Origin: a virus
Strand: one strand, 5' to 3'
DNA: 64,000 nt
Virus record (IMG/VR): IMGVR_UViG_3300050144_000109
Coordinates: 64,001 to 128,000 of that record
Below the pieces are notes generated by a model, which did no database searches, was not told the origin of the DNA, and worked only from the letters and a program-made list of their open reading frames with translations. The position numbers and the translations under genes are program-made. Shown here in pieces: positions 1 through 9,211 of this stretch. Numbering within the stretch: position 1 is the first letter of the stretch; each line of letters begins with the position of its first letter.

Positions 1-727
1 GCCTCAGCTTTTTGTCGTGTGGGTGGAAGATGGTGGAGTCCCCAAAGACTTGCAGGAATAGCTCGTTGAACGGAATACGCATGCTCTCTTTGTGATCGGA
101 GAACTTGGTATACCAAAGCGCTTTGGACTTCAGCACGCCTGTGTGGGACTCTAGCAAGTCCAGGCTCTTGAAATCCCTGCTACTGAGCAAGTCATACGCA
201 TAATGCGTCAGAACCAATCCACGAATCCTTTTGTCTGGATGAATCAGTCCAGAGAAATGTTTCATGGTCTCGGTGACCGGTCTACCTTCATAGAACTTGG
301 TCAGCACTTTACCAATCAGCTTGGTCGTGCGCATCTGCAATTCAGTGTTGTCTGTCCTGAACCGAGCGTGCTTGTACTTGTGTTTGATGTCGTACACACT
401 GGTATAGAAGACTATCTTGAGGCCAGCATCCCAAACCCTGAAGACATCCCGAAGAATGTCGACTTCTTCTTCCAGTACAGCAGTCCATTCTTCCACCTTG
501 ATCTGGTCTAACGTATTCCTTTCTACAGAACCATACAGATTCCTGAACAGTGTCAGCACATTGATCCAGACCTCATCGTAGTTCTTCAAATCAATCCCAC
601 CAGGAATGACCCGGTCGGGATCAAACACAGGCTTAGGACCCACTGCAATAGACTCCAGCGCAAGCGCAGTGCCAATCGACAATGAGTAAGAGCTCATCGC
701 TCTGTTTGACAAAGCGCTCACTATCAT
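1..727 (-). CDS. Conserved chimallivirus core hypothetical protein (phiKZ gp66/67-like), truncated by the window edge
   Basis: Absent from the ORF track because it is open at the edge. ATG at 727 follows the SbcD stop. My translation reads MIVSALSNRAMSSYSLSIGTALALESI...WINVLTLFRNLYGS...LLESHTGVLK. Position downstream of SbcD matches phiKZ-like phages. Confidence 0.75.
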   Translation of the reverse strand, partial: MIVSALSNRAMSSYSLSIGTALALESIAVGPKPVFDPDRVIPGGIDLKNYDEVWINVLTLFRNLYGSVERNTLDQIKVEEWTAVLEEEVDILRDVFRVWDAGLKIVFYTSVYDIKHKYKHARFRTDNTELQMRTTKLIGKVLTKFYEGRPVTETMKHFSGLIHPDKRIRGLVLTHYAYDLLSSRDFKSLDLLESHTGVLKSKALWYTKFSDHKESMRIPFNELFLQVFGDSTIFHPHDKKLR

Positions 728-728
728 T

Positions 729-1922
729 TCAAATGACCTCCTCAAGTCTCAGCATGGCAGATTCGTACACATCTTTCTCAGCACCAGCGCCCAGCAGCCG
801 TTCACTGACCAGTTGCATGATCGTGTTCCTGTTGATGATGATGGGTGTGTACGTACTCTTCTCAGTGATGATGGGGCTTGCTTTGACACTGAGTTCTTTG
901 AACAAAAACCCCCAGTGGATGAAGCTGTTGATTTCCCGAAGTGCCTGTTCAGCACGACTGAGCGCATTCGTTTTCTCAGTCAGAATTCTGACATAGCTGT
1001 CCGCAGGAAGCTTCTTGATTTTGTTAGCCAAGTACAACAAGTTCTGTTCTAGATCCTCACCAAAACAGGTCAGTGTCACATACTTCTTGGCATTCTTATT
1101 TTCAATGAAGTTGCATTGGTAGCTATCGTCCCGGCGCACAATGGCTTTCAAGTAACCCTTGGCTACTTCATCACCATGACACAATCTGTCAAATGAACCT
1201 TGTGCATAAATCCTCTCGAAGTTAGAGTACATGTGTACATGACCAATGAAGATCAGCTGTTTTACAATGCGCATGTAGTCCTGCTCATTGTGCTTGAACC
1301 GGGTATTACTGACTTCAGGTACTTGGTACTGGAACATGCCATGCATGAAGGCGTGGTCGACTTGCGTCAACCCTCTCGCCTCCATCAGCCCCATTACTTC
1401 AGCAAATGTGTCTGCACTGTCATGGTGCCACTCGTCAGGCACATAGAGCACGTCAATGTTCAAAGCCTCGATGTGTTCGATGCTCAGATCAGCCACGTAC
1501 TTCATGTCCAAACCAGGGTAGTCCAAAGACCGCACTGTTTCAAACACCATGCTTTGTTTGCGGTCATGGCTAGGGGTTCCCTCTAGGACCCGCACCACCA
1601 CACCCAACTCCAAACACAGCTTCAGTGTACGCCAAACCCAGCGAATCACCAGATCCACATCCGCATCATGCGCCTGCATGGCATCATCAAACACGTCGCC
1701 TGCAAACACCAAGAGATCCACATCCATCAGTGCTTGCTTATTGGTGAGCACTTCATCCAAGTGTTCGATGATTTCATTCGTCTTTGTCCTTGGGTGGTGC
1801 AAGTGAATGTCACTCACCACCACCATGACATACTCACCAGTCGAATTCAGACTCTTCTTGTACATGCACAGCATCCTTGCTTTGCTGACCAGACCCAATG
1901 AGTGGCTTCTTGTAGTGTGCAA
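729..1922 (-). CDS. sbcD: SbcD/Mre11-like metallophosphoesterase nuclease (true start probably ~1830, MVVVSDIH)
   Basis: Calcineurin-like motifs SDIH, AGDVFD, GTPSHD, MHG and GHVH; syntenic in the phiKZ-like core block. Confidence 0.85.
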   Translation of the reverse strand: MHTTRSHSLGLVSKARMLCMYKKSLNSTGEYVMVVVSDIHLHHPRTKTNEIIEHLDEVLTNKQALMDVDLLVFAGDVFDDAMQAHDADVDLVIRWVWRTLKLCLELGVVVRVLEGTPSHDRKQSMVFETVRSLDYPGLDMKYVADLSIEHIEALNIDVLYVPDEWHHDSADTFAEVMGLMEARGLTQVDHAFMHGMFQYQVPEVSNTRFKHNEQDYMRIVKQLIFIGHVHMYSNFERIYAQGSFDRLCHGDEVAKGYLKAIVRRDDSYQCNFIENKNAKKYVTLTCFGEDLEQNLLYLANKIKKLPADSYVRILTEKTNALSRAEQALREINSFIHWGFLFKELSVKASPIITEKSTYTPIIINRNTIMQLVSERLLGAGAEKDVYESAMLRLEEVI

Positions 1923-2403
1923 ACACCTTGTTCCAAGCTTTGCATGCCTCTTCCGTGGTCGAACCCTGTGTCATGAGTCCGACTTTCTTGTTCAAGTCTT
2001 CTTGGATCATACGCTCACCCAGCGTATGGTGAATGGTCATGCGCTCTTGTGCCAAGCGAATCGTGTAAGCAGTCAAAGACTCCCGGTCCACAATCGGCTT
2101 GAACACACTTGCATCACAGATCCCAGGTACCACCACCACGACAGTGCCCTTCTGATCCACCACGTTCACCTCGCCCCAATTGGTGCCAGCAATGGTGAAC
2201 CAGTTGGAGAGCTTGGTGCGGGTATCCTGCACACTGAGCTTTTCCTCACCACAAAAGAAAGGCAAAAAGTTCTCGACAAACAAATACTCCGGAATGGTTC
2301 GGGTCAGCACACCCCCCATCTTTGCAAAGTCCCGACGACTCTCGTTGATCTTCTTTTGCAACTCGGCTCGGTTGTTCAGTGTGATTGCGTCCATTTCAGC
2401 CAT
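1834..2403 (-). CDS. Conserved jumbo phage hypothetical protein
   Basis: 189-aa ORF with IPEYLFVENFLPFF motif, in an operon with SbcD. Confidence 0.75.
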   Translation of the reverse strand: MAEMDAITLNNRAELQKKINESRRDFAKMGGVLTRTIPEYLFVENFLPFFCGEEKLSVQDTRTKLSNWFTIAGTNWGEVNVVDQKGTVVVVVPGICDASVFKPIVDRESLTAYTIRLAQERMTIHHTLGERMIQEDLNKKVGLMTQGSTTEEACKAWNKVFAHYKKPLIGSGQQSKDAVHVQEESEFDW

Positions 2404-2511
2404 GGCTTATTCTTCCCAAATTGAAATATGCAGGACATAAGAGGCTCCCCCAATAGAAGCCATCCACTTGTGTCGGCACAGATGATGAATGGCTTTGATC
2501 AATTCTCACAG

Positions 2512-2919
2512 TCACCCGTTGTTCTGGCGGATCACCTCATCAATCTTACCCTCAGAAGTCACTACAATGTCACCAGCCACCCTGTATTTGCCAGCATCAT
2601 TCACCCCTACCACAATCTTCAAAGAAGCTGTCGTAGCGCTTATGTCACTCGCGCTCACCACACTCACCTCCACGTTCACTTTGTCAAAATGCTTGCCCAA
2701 GTAAAGGTGTAAAGCCTCCTCAATCTTAGGAGCCGCCATACTGGCCTTATTACCTACTAGCTGTAAGATCCTAGGCAAACTCACAATTTGCTCAGCATAC
2801 AAGTCAGATTGTTTGTAGTCACTGTAATAGAAGTAACTCAGTAACCTATCCAACTTGTTAGGAACATCCTTCACCCATCCCATCGAATCCATCGTAGGGA
2901 CCACAATCATCACAGTCAT
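2512..2919 (-). CDS. Conserved jumbo phage hypothetical (possible baseplate wedge-like virion protein)
   Basis: 135-aa ORF with GGAG RBS and VPTMDSMGWV...SDYKQS motif typical of a phiKZ-like core gene; function inferred. Confidence 0.65.
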   Translation of the reverse strand: MTVMIVVPTMDSMGWVKDVPNKLDRLLSYFYYSDYKQSDLYAEQIVSLPRILQLVGNKASMAAPKIEEALHLYLGKHFDKVNVEVSVVSASDISATTASLKIVVGVNDAGKYRVAGDIVVTSEGKIDEVIRQNNG

Positions 2920-3002
2920 TTACCATACTCCAGAAAAGAAAATACATAAAGCCAGTAGAGCCCCATGCAAAAGGGCTCTACTGTGCTTTACTGGTACTTC
3001 AA

Positions 3003-3620
3003 TTACAACATGCCACCAGCAGGATCAGTAGGATCTTCATCCAGTCGAGCCATGATGGTATCCAGACAATGCCAGGACGCCAGAATGTCACGCTGCTCAC
3101 GAATACCCAACTCACGGTCATCCTCAGGAATCATTTCACTGATCTGAGTCAACACATGCCCACCATCCTCGTCTTCAATCAAGACTTCATTCACCACACG
3201 GCGGTAGTCATAGTGTTCCATACCAATCTTCTCCGGTTCATTGTCAATGTAAGTGCTACTCCAACCGTCGCAGCGTTGTTCGTTGCGTAGCTTGCGCAGC
3301 ACAGGGTTTGACATCATCCAACGTTGCATGGCCATACTGGCATTCTGGAAGTCATCACAGAAGTACAGGCCAATCACTTGGCCTGTGTCAATGTGCGTCT
3401 GTGCAAAGCTGTTCGCTGCAATCTGACGTGCATACTCCAGCGCAGCATCAGAAGTGTTGATCTGAAACTGTGTTTGTGCTTGTTCGTAAAACGCTGCTTT
3501 CCGAGCGTCTAGCATGGGTCCCATCTGCTGAAACTGACTCTGCAAATAGGCAATGCTACTGTCGCTTTTTGGTGGGTATAGGAGCGCATCAAAAGCACTC
3601 CTGGCGTTTGCTTGAAACAT
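3003..3620 (-). CDS. Conserved jumbo phage hypothetical protein (phiKZ gp59-like)
   Basis: 205 aa with MQRWMMSNP...HYDYRRV...DPTDP motifs; AAGGA RBS; lies downstream of the nvRNAP beta' gene. Confidence 0.7.
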   Translation of the reverse strand: MFQANARSAFDALLYPPKSDSSIAYLQSQFQQMGPMLDARKAAFYEQAQTQFQINTSDAALEYARQIAANSFAQTHIDTGQVIGLYFCDDFQNASMAMQRWMMSNPVLRKLRNEQRCDGWSSTYIDNEPEKIGMEHYDYRRVVNEVLIEDEDGGHVLTQISEMIPEDDRELGIREQRDILASWHCLDTIMARLDEDPTDPAGGML

Positions 3621-3651
3621 CCTTTTCTTCCTTTTCTTCTTTACTTACTTT

Positions 3652-5553
3652 TCAAGTCAGACTCATCAAGAAATCAATGTTCTCCTGTGTCACGGGTTGA
3701 GTGCGAACAGTACCGTACCACGTCAGCACGGTACTTACCAAGGGCCTAGGTAGGCTGGCAGCATCGCTGAGTTGCCTAGGGTCATTATCAGAGAAGAAGT
3801 TCATGTGGGGTGCCAGGGGCTTCATGGCGTCTGCCATGTAGTTATCCGTGGCAATGAACAAATTCATGGCGTCACCGTCAAAATCAGCATTGAACGTCTT
3901 GACGTCCAGAATAGACATTGTGATCGTGTGATCGTCTGGGTCATCCTTGATGACTGTGATTCGGACCAGTTGACAAGATGCTTTTGTTAAGTTGGGGTTT
4001 CTCTTATTGTCCGATTGTGGTGGTGAATCACAACCCGGTGTGCTTAGACACCCGCCAACACTTTCATGCTGGAACAGACCATCTCATACTCCTTCCTCAG
4101 ACCTGAGGTTAGGAGCCCTTCTGTTTCGCCTGATTAACCAATCAAGCTACGCTACTGGCTTCCATGCAGAACTTCTCTGCACGTGCTGTCGCTGGCCGTT
4201 GAACTCGCACCATGGATCTTATTCAGACCTGTAGGTGATCAGCTGCGTGGTTACCCAATCCATCATCTTTGTTACCGTACCTGAGTAGTTACTTCAGCCA
4301 CCAATGTCTTTCGAATCACTGGTTTGGTAGATGAGGCCCTATAGGGCTTTCCCGTCAATTAAGAAGGTTTTGCACTGGCTATCTCTAACCAGGGGAACTA
4401 ATCATTAATTCCAGTATCCCCAAAGACACTTGTCGCGTGACTCAGCAAGCAACTCATCAAACACTTCGCGAATCAACTTGTGCCAGCTCACAAGTAGTGG
4501 ATTGTCAGGAGAAGGTTTATACACCACCGCCTGCGTGATCTGTTCAATGTCGTTGATGGTGTAGCCACGCCGCATCAACTTGTTGGCAATGTGCAGCTTC
4601 AAACACGTTACTGCTGCTGCCCAGGGCAGGTGTAACTCGTCGTACTGGTGGCGCTTCGTGTTGGAGGTGATCACAGCACGGATAGAGAACCCATTTCTAG
4701 ATCCAAACACATGCTTGCGGAAAGCTCCTCCCTTACTGGCCAGGAATTCTCCGTAGAAGTCTTCATAGAAACGAAAGCATTGGAAGAGTACCTTGGCTGT
4801 TCGGTTCTCTTTTTGCCTGAGGCTCAAGCCAGACAGCGGGGTATCGATGGATCGCATCGCTTTGATGGCATCAATCATGCCGGCGATATTCCTGTCCACA
4901 TAGACTGCACTTTTGCTTTGCTCCACAATCAGCAGTGCTTTGTTGGGCAGCGGAATGTAGTCAGAGAACAGGTACTGTTTGTTTTTCTGGATGAGTTCAC
5001 GAACTGAGTTACTATCGTTGTTCTTATCCTTGAAGATTTTACAATTAAAGAGAATGTCCATGTACTTGTCAAAGTTATTGACAAAGTTGTTGTAACCTCT
5101 TTGGATGCCTGCATCTGCTAGCAACCCCAAGTCACGTACACGGGTTCCTTTCATGTCGTTGTAGCTGGGATTGCAAATCCATTCCAGGTAGTTGAACTTA
5201 CTCTTGGTGAAGTAAGCGGAGATCATCCCAAGTAAGTCAGGATTGATGAGCTTGGCAACTCCTTCTGGTCGCCTGAACCAAACCAGTGGCTTGAGCTCTT
5301 CGATGATGCCATCGACTACTGGGGTCCTGCAATTTGGACAGATGACACCGATATTGTATTCTCTTGTAGTTTGTCCGCATTCACACGAAGGCTCGATGTT
5401 CATGACATCACCTTCATGCAAGCTGAATGTCATTCTATCGACGCTTCTCTTCTCTTCTTCAGTAACCCCCGGAAGATCGTTGAGGGTGATGGGGTCCTTT
5501 GCCATTGAGTGAAATAACAGATCATGACCAATGTTTTCTTTGTAGGTACCCAT
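3652..5553 (-). CDS. Non-virion RNA polymerase beta' N-terminal subunit (phiKZ gp55-56.1-like), spliced: exon1 5553-4408, exon2 4002-3652, 498 aa
   Basis: Exon1 has the Zn-binding CECG...CPNC and GGAFRKHVFGSR. Exon2 has catalytic NADFDGD. The in-frame join gives WN|RNPNL, restoring the conserved beta' NRxP motif. Confidence 0.93.
4003..4407 (-). mobile_element. Group I intron (405 nt, no ORF) in nvRNAP beta' gene
   Basis: 5' exon ends in U and the intron ends in G. P1: GGAAU|UAAU pairs with AUUAGUUCC. Core: P AAUUGACGGGAAA, Q AACCACGCAGC, R GUUCAACGGCCA, S GAGAUGGUC; P7 GGCCA/UGGUC. Confidence 0.92.
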
Positions 5554-5701
5554 TGGGAGTGCTTCCTTTTTCTTCAGTGGTTGGAGAGACTAGGATAGAG
5601 GCGTCATAGTAGCAAGTAGATGGAAGACAAACTCCATCTACTTGCTAGAAGACGAACCCCAATGAACACGGCAGGTACATCCTATTCCTGGTATTCACTA
5701 A

Positions 5702-5729
5702 GATGATATACGGTTGTGATTTTTTGCAA
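5702..5729 (-). promoter_or_regulatory. Putative phage (early) promoter motif upstream of nvRNAP beta'
   Basis: TTGCAAAAAATCACAACCGTATATCATC, one of 8 copies of the motif. Confidence 0.65.
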
Positions 5730-5763
5730 TCATAAAGTCCCAGGATCCGGACAAAAAAGAAGC

Positions 5764-5807
5764 CGTGTCGTTCTAAGCCAGGCATGACCCCAGCTTAGAA
5801 CGACACG
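5764..5807 (-). terminator. Terminator downstream of chimallin
   Basis: 15-bp perfect stem followed on the minus strand by a T-rich tail (TTCTTTTTTGTCC). Confidence 0.75.
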
Positions 5808-5845
5808 AGCAACTAGACTTACTTGTTACTGAACAGAGTCAGCGA

Positions 5846-7687
5846 TCAGTACTGAGCACCACCGAACTGGTTGCGGTAAGGAGCATTGCCCTGACCAGCA
5901 CCACCGATGTTGAACGGGTTGGAGCCCGCTTGGTTCTGCGAGTACAGCAGCGACTGCAGACCGTCGAACTGGACACGACCACCGACATTGTCAGCGAACG
6001 GGTTCTGCGACTGCAGGCTGATGGCCACGCCCATCGATTGCACAGCGCCCAGAAGTGCACGCAGGAAGTCAGGCATCAGGTTGACCATGCGGTCCACGCC
6101 AGTGAAGGTCACCGGGAAGTGGAACTTGTCTTGGATCAGTCGACGCTGTTCTTCCAGACGCACGTGCACTGGCTTGGACGTCGAGTAGGTGCGCGCATTG
6201 CTCCAGCGTGCCAGAGCGCTCGGGTCCTGGATGCCAGCCACGTTGGCCATGGCCAGATAGTCGAAGTCATGGACACTGCGCTTTTGGCCTTCGGTATCGA
6301 TGTAGAAACCAGCCAGCATGCAATCCTGCAGGGTGCCAGTGCTGTCTGCCGTCATCTGCACCGGGTTGGCAGTGCTGTTGTACATGCGCGAGAAGTTGCC
6401 GCCCGTCAGGATGTCAGCGCCAGCCAGAATCTCCTGGATTGCGTTGGCGTCACCGCGAGCTGCTTCTGCCCAGACTGCATTGCCCCAACCTTCAGCCGTG
6501 TGGCGACCGATGACCATGGAGATTGCGATCTCCTGACGGATGAGGCTGCTCATGAACATGTCAGCATCTGCCACGGACCATCCAGCGCCAGTGTCGATCG
6601 GAGCACCGTAGCCGCCTTGCTCGTAGCCAGGCACATTGGGCAGGTTGCCTTCGATGTTCAGCGCACCGATGTTGCGCATGTCGATGCGGCGAGCACCCAT
6701 CTGCGGACGCGGAAGCAGCGCCACACGCCACAGTGACGAACTCTGCAGCGCCAGAACACCAACGATGTTCATGAGCATTGCCGGGATGTCAGTGGCGTAG
6801 TAGTTGTCCATGCTGGTCATGATGAAGCGACCAGTGAACTTGCGGGTGTCTTGCGGCACCATACCGAACCCCATCTGACCGAACTGCTGCTGGGGGGTAG
6901 CGGGACTGTAGATCAGGTCCATGTAGCCAGTGGCACGGGCCAGACGGAACGAATCGCCTTCATTCATGCCGGTCTTGTTGGTGCCTTGCTGGCGCTTCAC
7001 GATCGACGTGTCGACGATGATGTCCGAGCGGAACGGGTGACCATCAGCACCGGTCAGCGAGTCTTGGCCGAAGGTCAGCGACATGTTGATCGCTTCTTCC
7101 GAGACCAGCTGGCTCAGGTTGATCGGCACGTAGTCCGAGCGACCTTGGATGATCGGCGAGTGCATGGCTTGCAGCATGCTGGTCAGCAGCGTGTAGCAGG
7201 CGGCCTCGTCCTTGAAGTTGAAGTCGCGCGGGGCCACCATCGGGTTGATGCCGACCGTGGTGATGCCGTCGTCCAGAATCGACAGCTTCGACTCGACAAA
7301 CCGGTCCACTTTCATCTGGAAGGTGGCGTCGATTGCATCCGCCGGACCACGGGGGACTTCGATCGGGCGGTTGTTGAACTGGATCATCAGCGGCGTCTTG
7401 GGTTCTGCAGAACCTTCGATCAGCAGGACACCACTGGTGCGGATCTTGCTGTTCAGCGAGGCCGGGCTGATGTCAGTGCCCATGAAGACCAGCGCCGAGT
7501 AGGCGACACCGTGCTGCATGTGGTCAAACACCCAGCAGTCGATCTTGATGTCACCAGCGTTGGCGTTGGCTTTGATGATGGCCTGTGCTGCGTCGAACGC
7601 CTCCTGGGTCTGTGCCGACAGGCGGCTGCGGCTCAGAACGTTGGTGGAGCCGTGCGACAGGAAAGACAGATTCTTTGCGAAAGACAT
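5846..7687 (-). CDS. chmA: Chimallin, major phage nuclear shell protein (phiKZ gp54-like)
   Basis: 613 aa with AAGGA RBS. Lies between the DNA polymerase/gp52-like gene and nvRNAP beta', the conserved ChmA position. Strong high-expression codon bias, Q/G-rich loop, GHPFRSDI motif and G/Q/N-rich C-terminal tail. Confidence 0.85.
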   Translation of the reverse strand: MSFAKNLSFLSHGSTNVLSRSRLSAQTQEAFDAAQAIIKANANAGDIKIDCWVFDHMQHGVAYSALVFMGTDISPASLNSKIRTSGVLLIEGSAEPKTPLMIQFNNRPIEVPRGPADAIDATFQMKVDRFVESKLSILDDGITTVGINPMVAPRDFNFKDEAACYTLLTSMLQAMHSPIIQGRSDYVPINLSQLVSEEAINMSLTFGQDSLTGADGHPFRSDIIVDTSIVKRQQGTNKTGMNEGDSFRLARATGYMDLIYSPATPQQQFGQMGFGMVPQDTRKFTGRFIMTSMDNYYATDIPAMLMNIVGVLALQSSSLWRVALLPRPQMGARRIDMRNIGALNIEGNLPNVPGYEQGGYGAPIDTGAGWSVADADMFMSSLIRQEIAISMVIGRHTAEGWGNAVWAEAARGDANAIQEILAGADILTGGNFSRMYNSTANPVQMTADSTGTLQDCMLAGFYIDTEGQKRSVHDFDYLAMANVAGIQDPSALARWSNARTYSTSKPVHVRLEEQRRLIQDKFHFPVTFTGVDRMVNLMPDFLRALLGAVQSMGVAISLQSQNPFADNVGGRVQFDGLQSLLYSQNQAGSNPFNIGGAGQGNAPYRNQFGGAQY

Positions 7688-7800
7688 GGTAAGGTTCCTT
7701 GTGGGACTGTGCCCGTGGTTGGAAAAGAGAGTTCAGGTGAAACAAGAACAACCAGTGTTTCCACTGATTGGGGAGACGATTACGTTGGTAGTCTCTAAAG

Positions 7801-7828
7801 AATGATATCGGATCATAAATTTTTGCAA
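7801..7828 (-). promoter_or_regulatory. Putative phage (early) promoter motif upstream of chmA
   Basis: TTGCAAAAATTTATGATCCGATATCATT. Confidence 0.65.
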
Positions 7829-8016
7829 TCCGATTTTTATACCCATTGAACAAAAGTGGATATCATAACTCTTGTGCACCCAGGCCAACATGTGCCATGG
7901 GTGGACGATCATTCCTTGCAGAATTTCTCATCACAGTATATGTGGTAAATCAATTGAGTGCTGTTACTGGCACAAAAAACATCCAACTGACTTTTTCACC
8001 CATAGGGCCACCCACC

Positions 8017-9132
8017 ATGTCTTTCGCTTTGTTCAGGTCTATTCCTGACATCACAGCCAATGTGCTCATTCCACCACAGTGGAACTACGTCAAAGAGAAC
8101 TTCAACTTAAACATTGACAAGGCGATCAGCTACTACCAGTTTGCACAACTTCCGCTGAAGGCAGGGCACATCTTGGCTCGTCTGATGACCACCATCAATA
8201 TCCCTAAAGGAATGCCCCTAGAGCGCTACTATGACAACGTAGAAGCCATCGCTATTGAGCAGGCTTCTATTCTAGGGTATGCAACCCCGTTTCAGTTTGG
8301 TAGACTTTTCAGTGGCATGTTCTACGACGTAGAATCCCCTGAATACATCATTGCAGTAGATGACTTCTTCAACATTGAAGAGACTACTAGGAACTGGAGG
8401 CAAGCTAGACCGCTTTATCCCATCCTACATCCAAAGTCTGATTTGAACATTCAGTTCTGCAATGCCAAGCATTATTCGAATGAAACAGGGTTGTCTGTAC
8501 TGGTGTTGAATGTACCGATGCTCATGGTGCAATACAGGGCTTATTTAAAAGAAGTCTATGCCAAGAACTACATGGGTATGCGTGGAAACATGTACAACTT
8601 CCTAGGGGGGTTTGTCATTCCGAACATGATGAGACAGCACATGGATTTGTGTTTGTTCAATCGACTCATTCTAAGACACGATGCGCCAGAGGTAGAACCA
8701 GAGAACAAACCCCTACTGAAGCATGCGTTCAACTTGCCCAATATGAATGAATTTGTAGACACCAACATTGATGTCATTCTCAAGAACTTGAAACAGGTCC
8801 CTGGACGCTTTGAATTCTTATTGAATGCCATTCCTAGCTTCAGCAGTGAAAGCGTCTATAAAAGCCTATTGGTGCCCGATGTGATGCCTACGAAACAGAT
8901 TGAGTGGCTCATGTCTTGCTCCAGACTCAAGTACCTAGACTTTCTAATGAGATTATCTGGAACACACGTAGAAGCAAAGAACCAAGTCACGATCAACCAG
9001 TGCGCTAGAACACTCAGACTCTACGACACATTGCTAGAGATCAGAGACCATCTGCCCGGCACGCTCTACGGTGAAATGCATGCCTATATTCAGAACCTTG
9101 ATAGTCACACTACAATTAGCCTAGAGGTATAA
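8017..9132 (+). CDS. Conserved chimallivirus protein (phiKZ gp52-like)
   Basis: Long ORF (track 7846..9132; likely start ATG 8017, MSFALF), divergent from chmA and convergent with the DNA polymerase, as in phiKZ-like phages. Confidence 0.7.
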   Translation: MSFALFRSIPDITANVLIPPQWNYVKENFNLNIDKAISYYQFAQLPLKAGHILARLMTTINIPKGMPLERYYDNVEAIAIEQASILGYATPFQFGRLFSGMFYDVESPEYIIAVDDFFNIEETTRNWRQARPLYPILHPKSDLNIQFCNAKHYSNETGLSVLVLNVPMLMVQYRAYLKEVYAKNYMGMRGNMYNFLGGFVIPNMMRQHMDLCLFNRLILRHDAPEVEPENKPLLKHAFNLPNMNEFVDTNIDVILKNLKQVPGRFEFLLNAIPSFSSESVYKSLLVPDVMPTKQIEWLMSCSRLKYLDFLMRLSGTHVEAKNQVTINQCARTLRLYDTLLEIRDHLPGTLYGEMHAYIQNLDSHTTISLEV

Positions 9133-9141
9133 AAAGCCTTT

Positions 9142-9190
9142 CTCACCCACACTACTTTAGCGCATTCAACGCTAAAGTAGTGTGGGTGAG
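9142..9190. terminator. Perfect 21-bp hairpin between convergent genes
   Basis: ctcacccacactactttagcg-7nt-cgctaaagtagtgtgggtgag. Confidence 0.75.
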
Positions 9191-9211
9191 TCTGGCAGTC
9201 TTGCGTCTTAT

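Noticed and set aside
3652-3918. Stand-alone 88-aa NADFDGD protein; likewise separate vRNAP beta fragments starting at 56253 and 54466
   Set aside because: Better explained as exons; splicing restores conserved motifs in frame.
3992-4234. Short ORFs inside the introns (also 54708..54896 and 56213..56413) as homing endonucleases
   Set aside because: Too short, no HNH/GIY-YIG/LAGLIDADG motifs, and they overlap ribozyme core elements.
5930-7798. Long + strand ORFs (268 and 315 aa) opposite chmA
   Set aside because: Antisense shadows caused by strong codon bias; no RBS or motifs.
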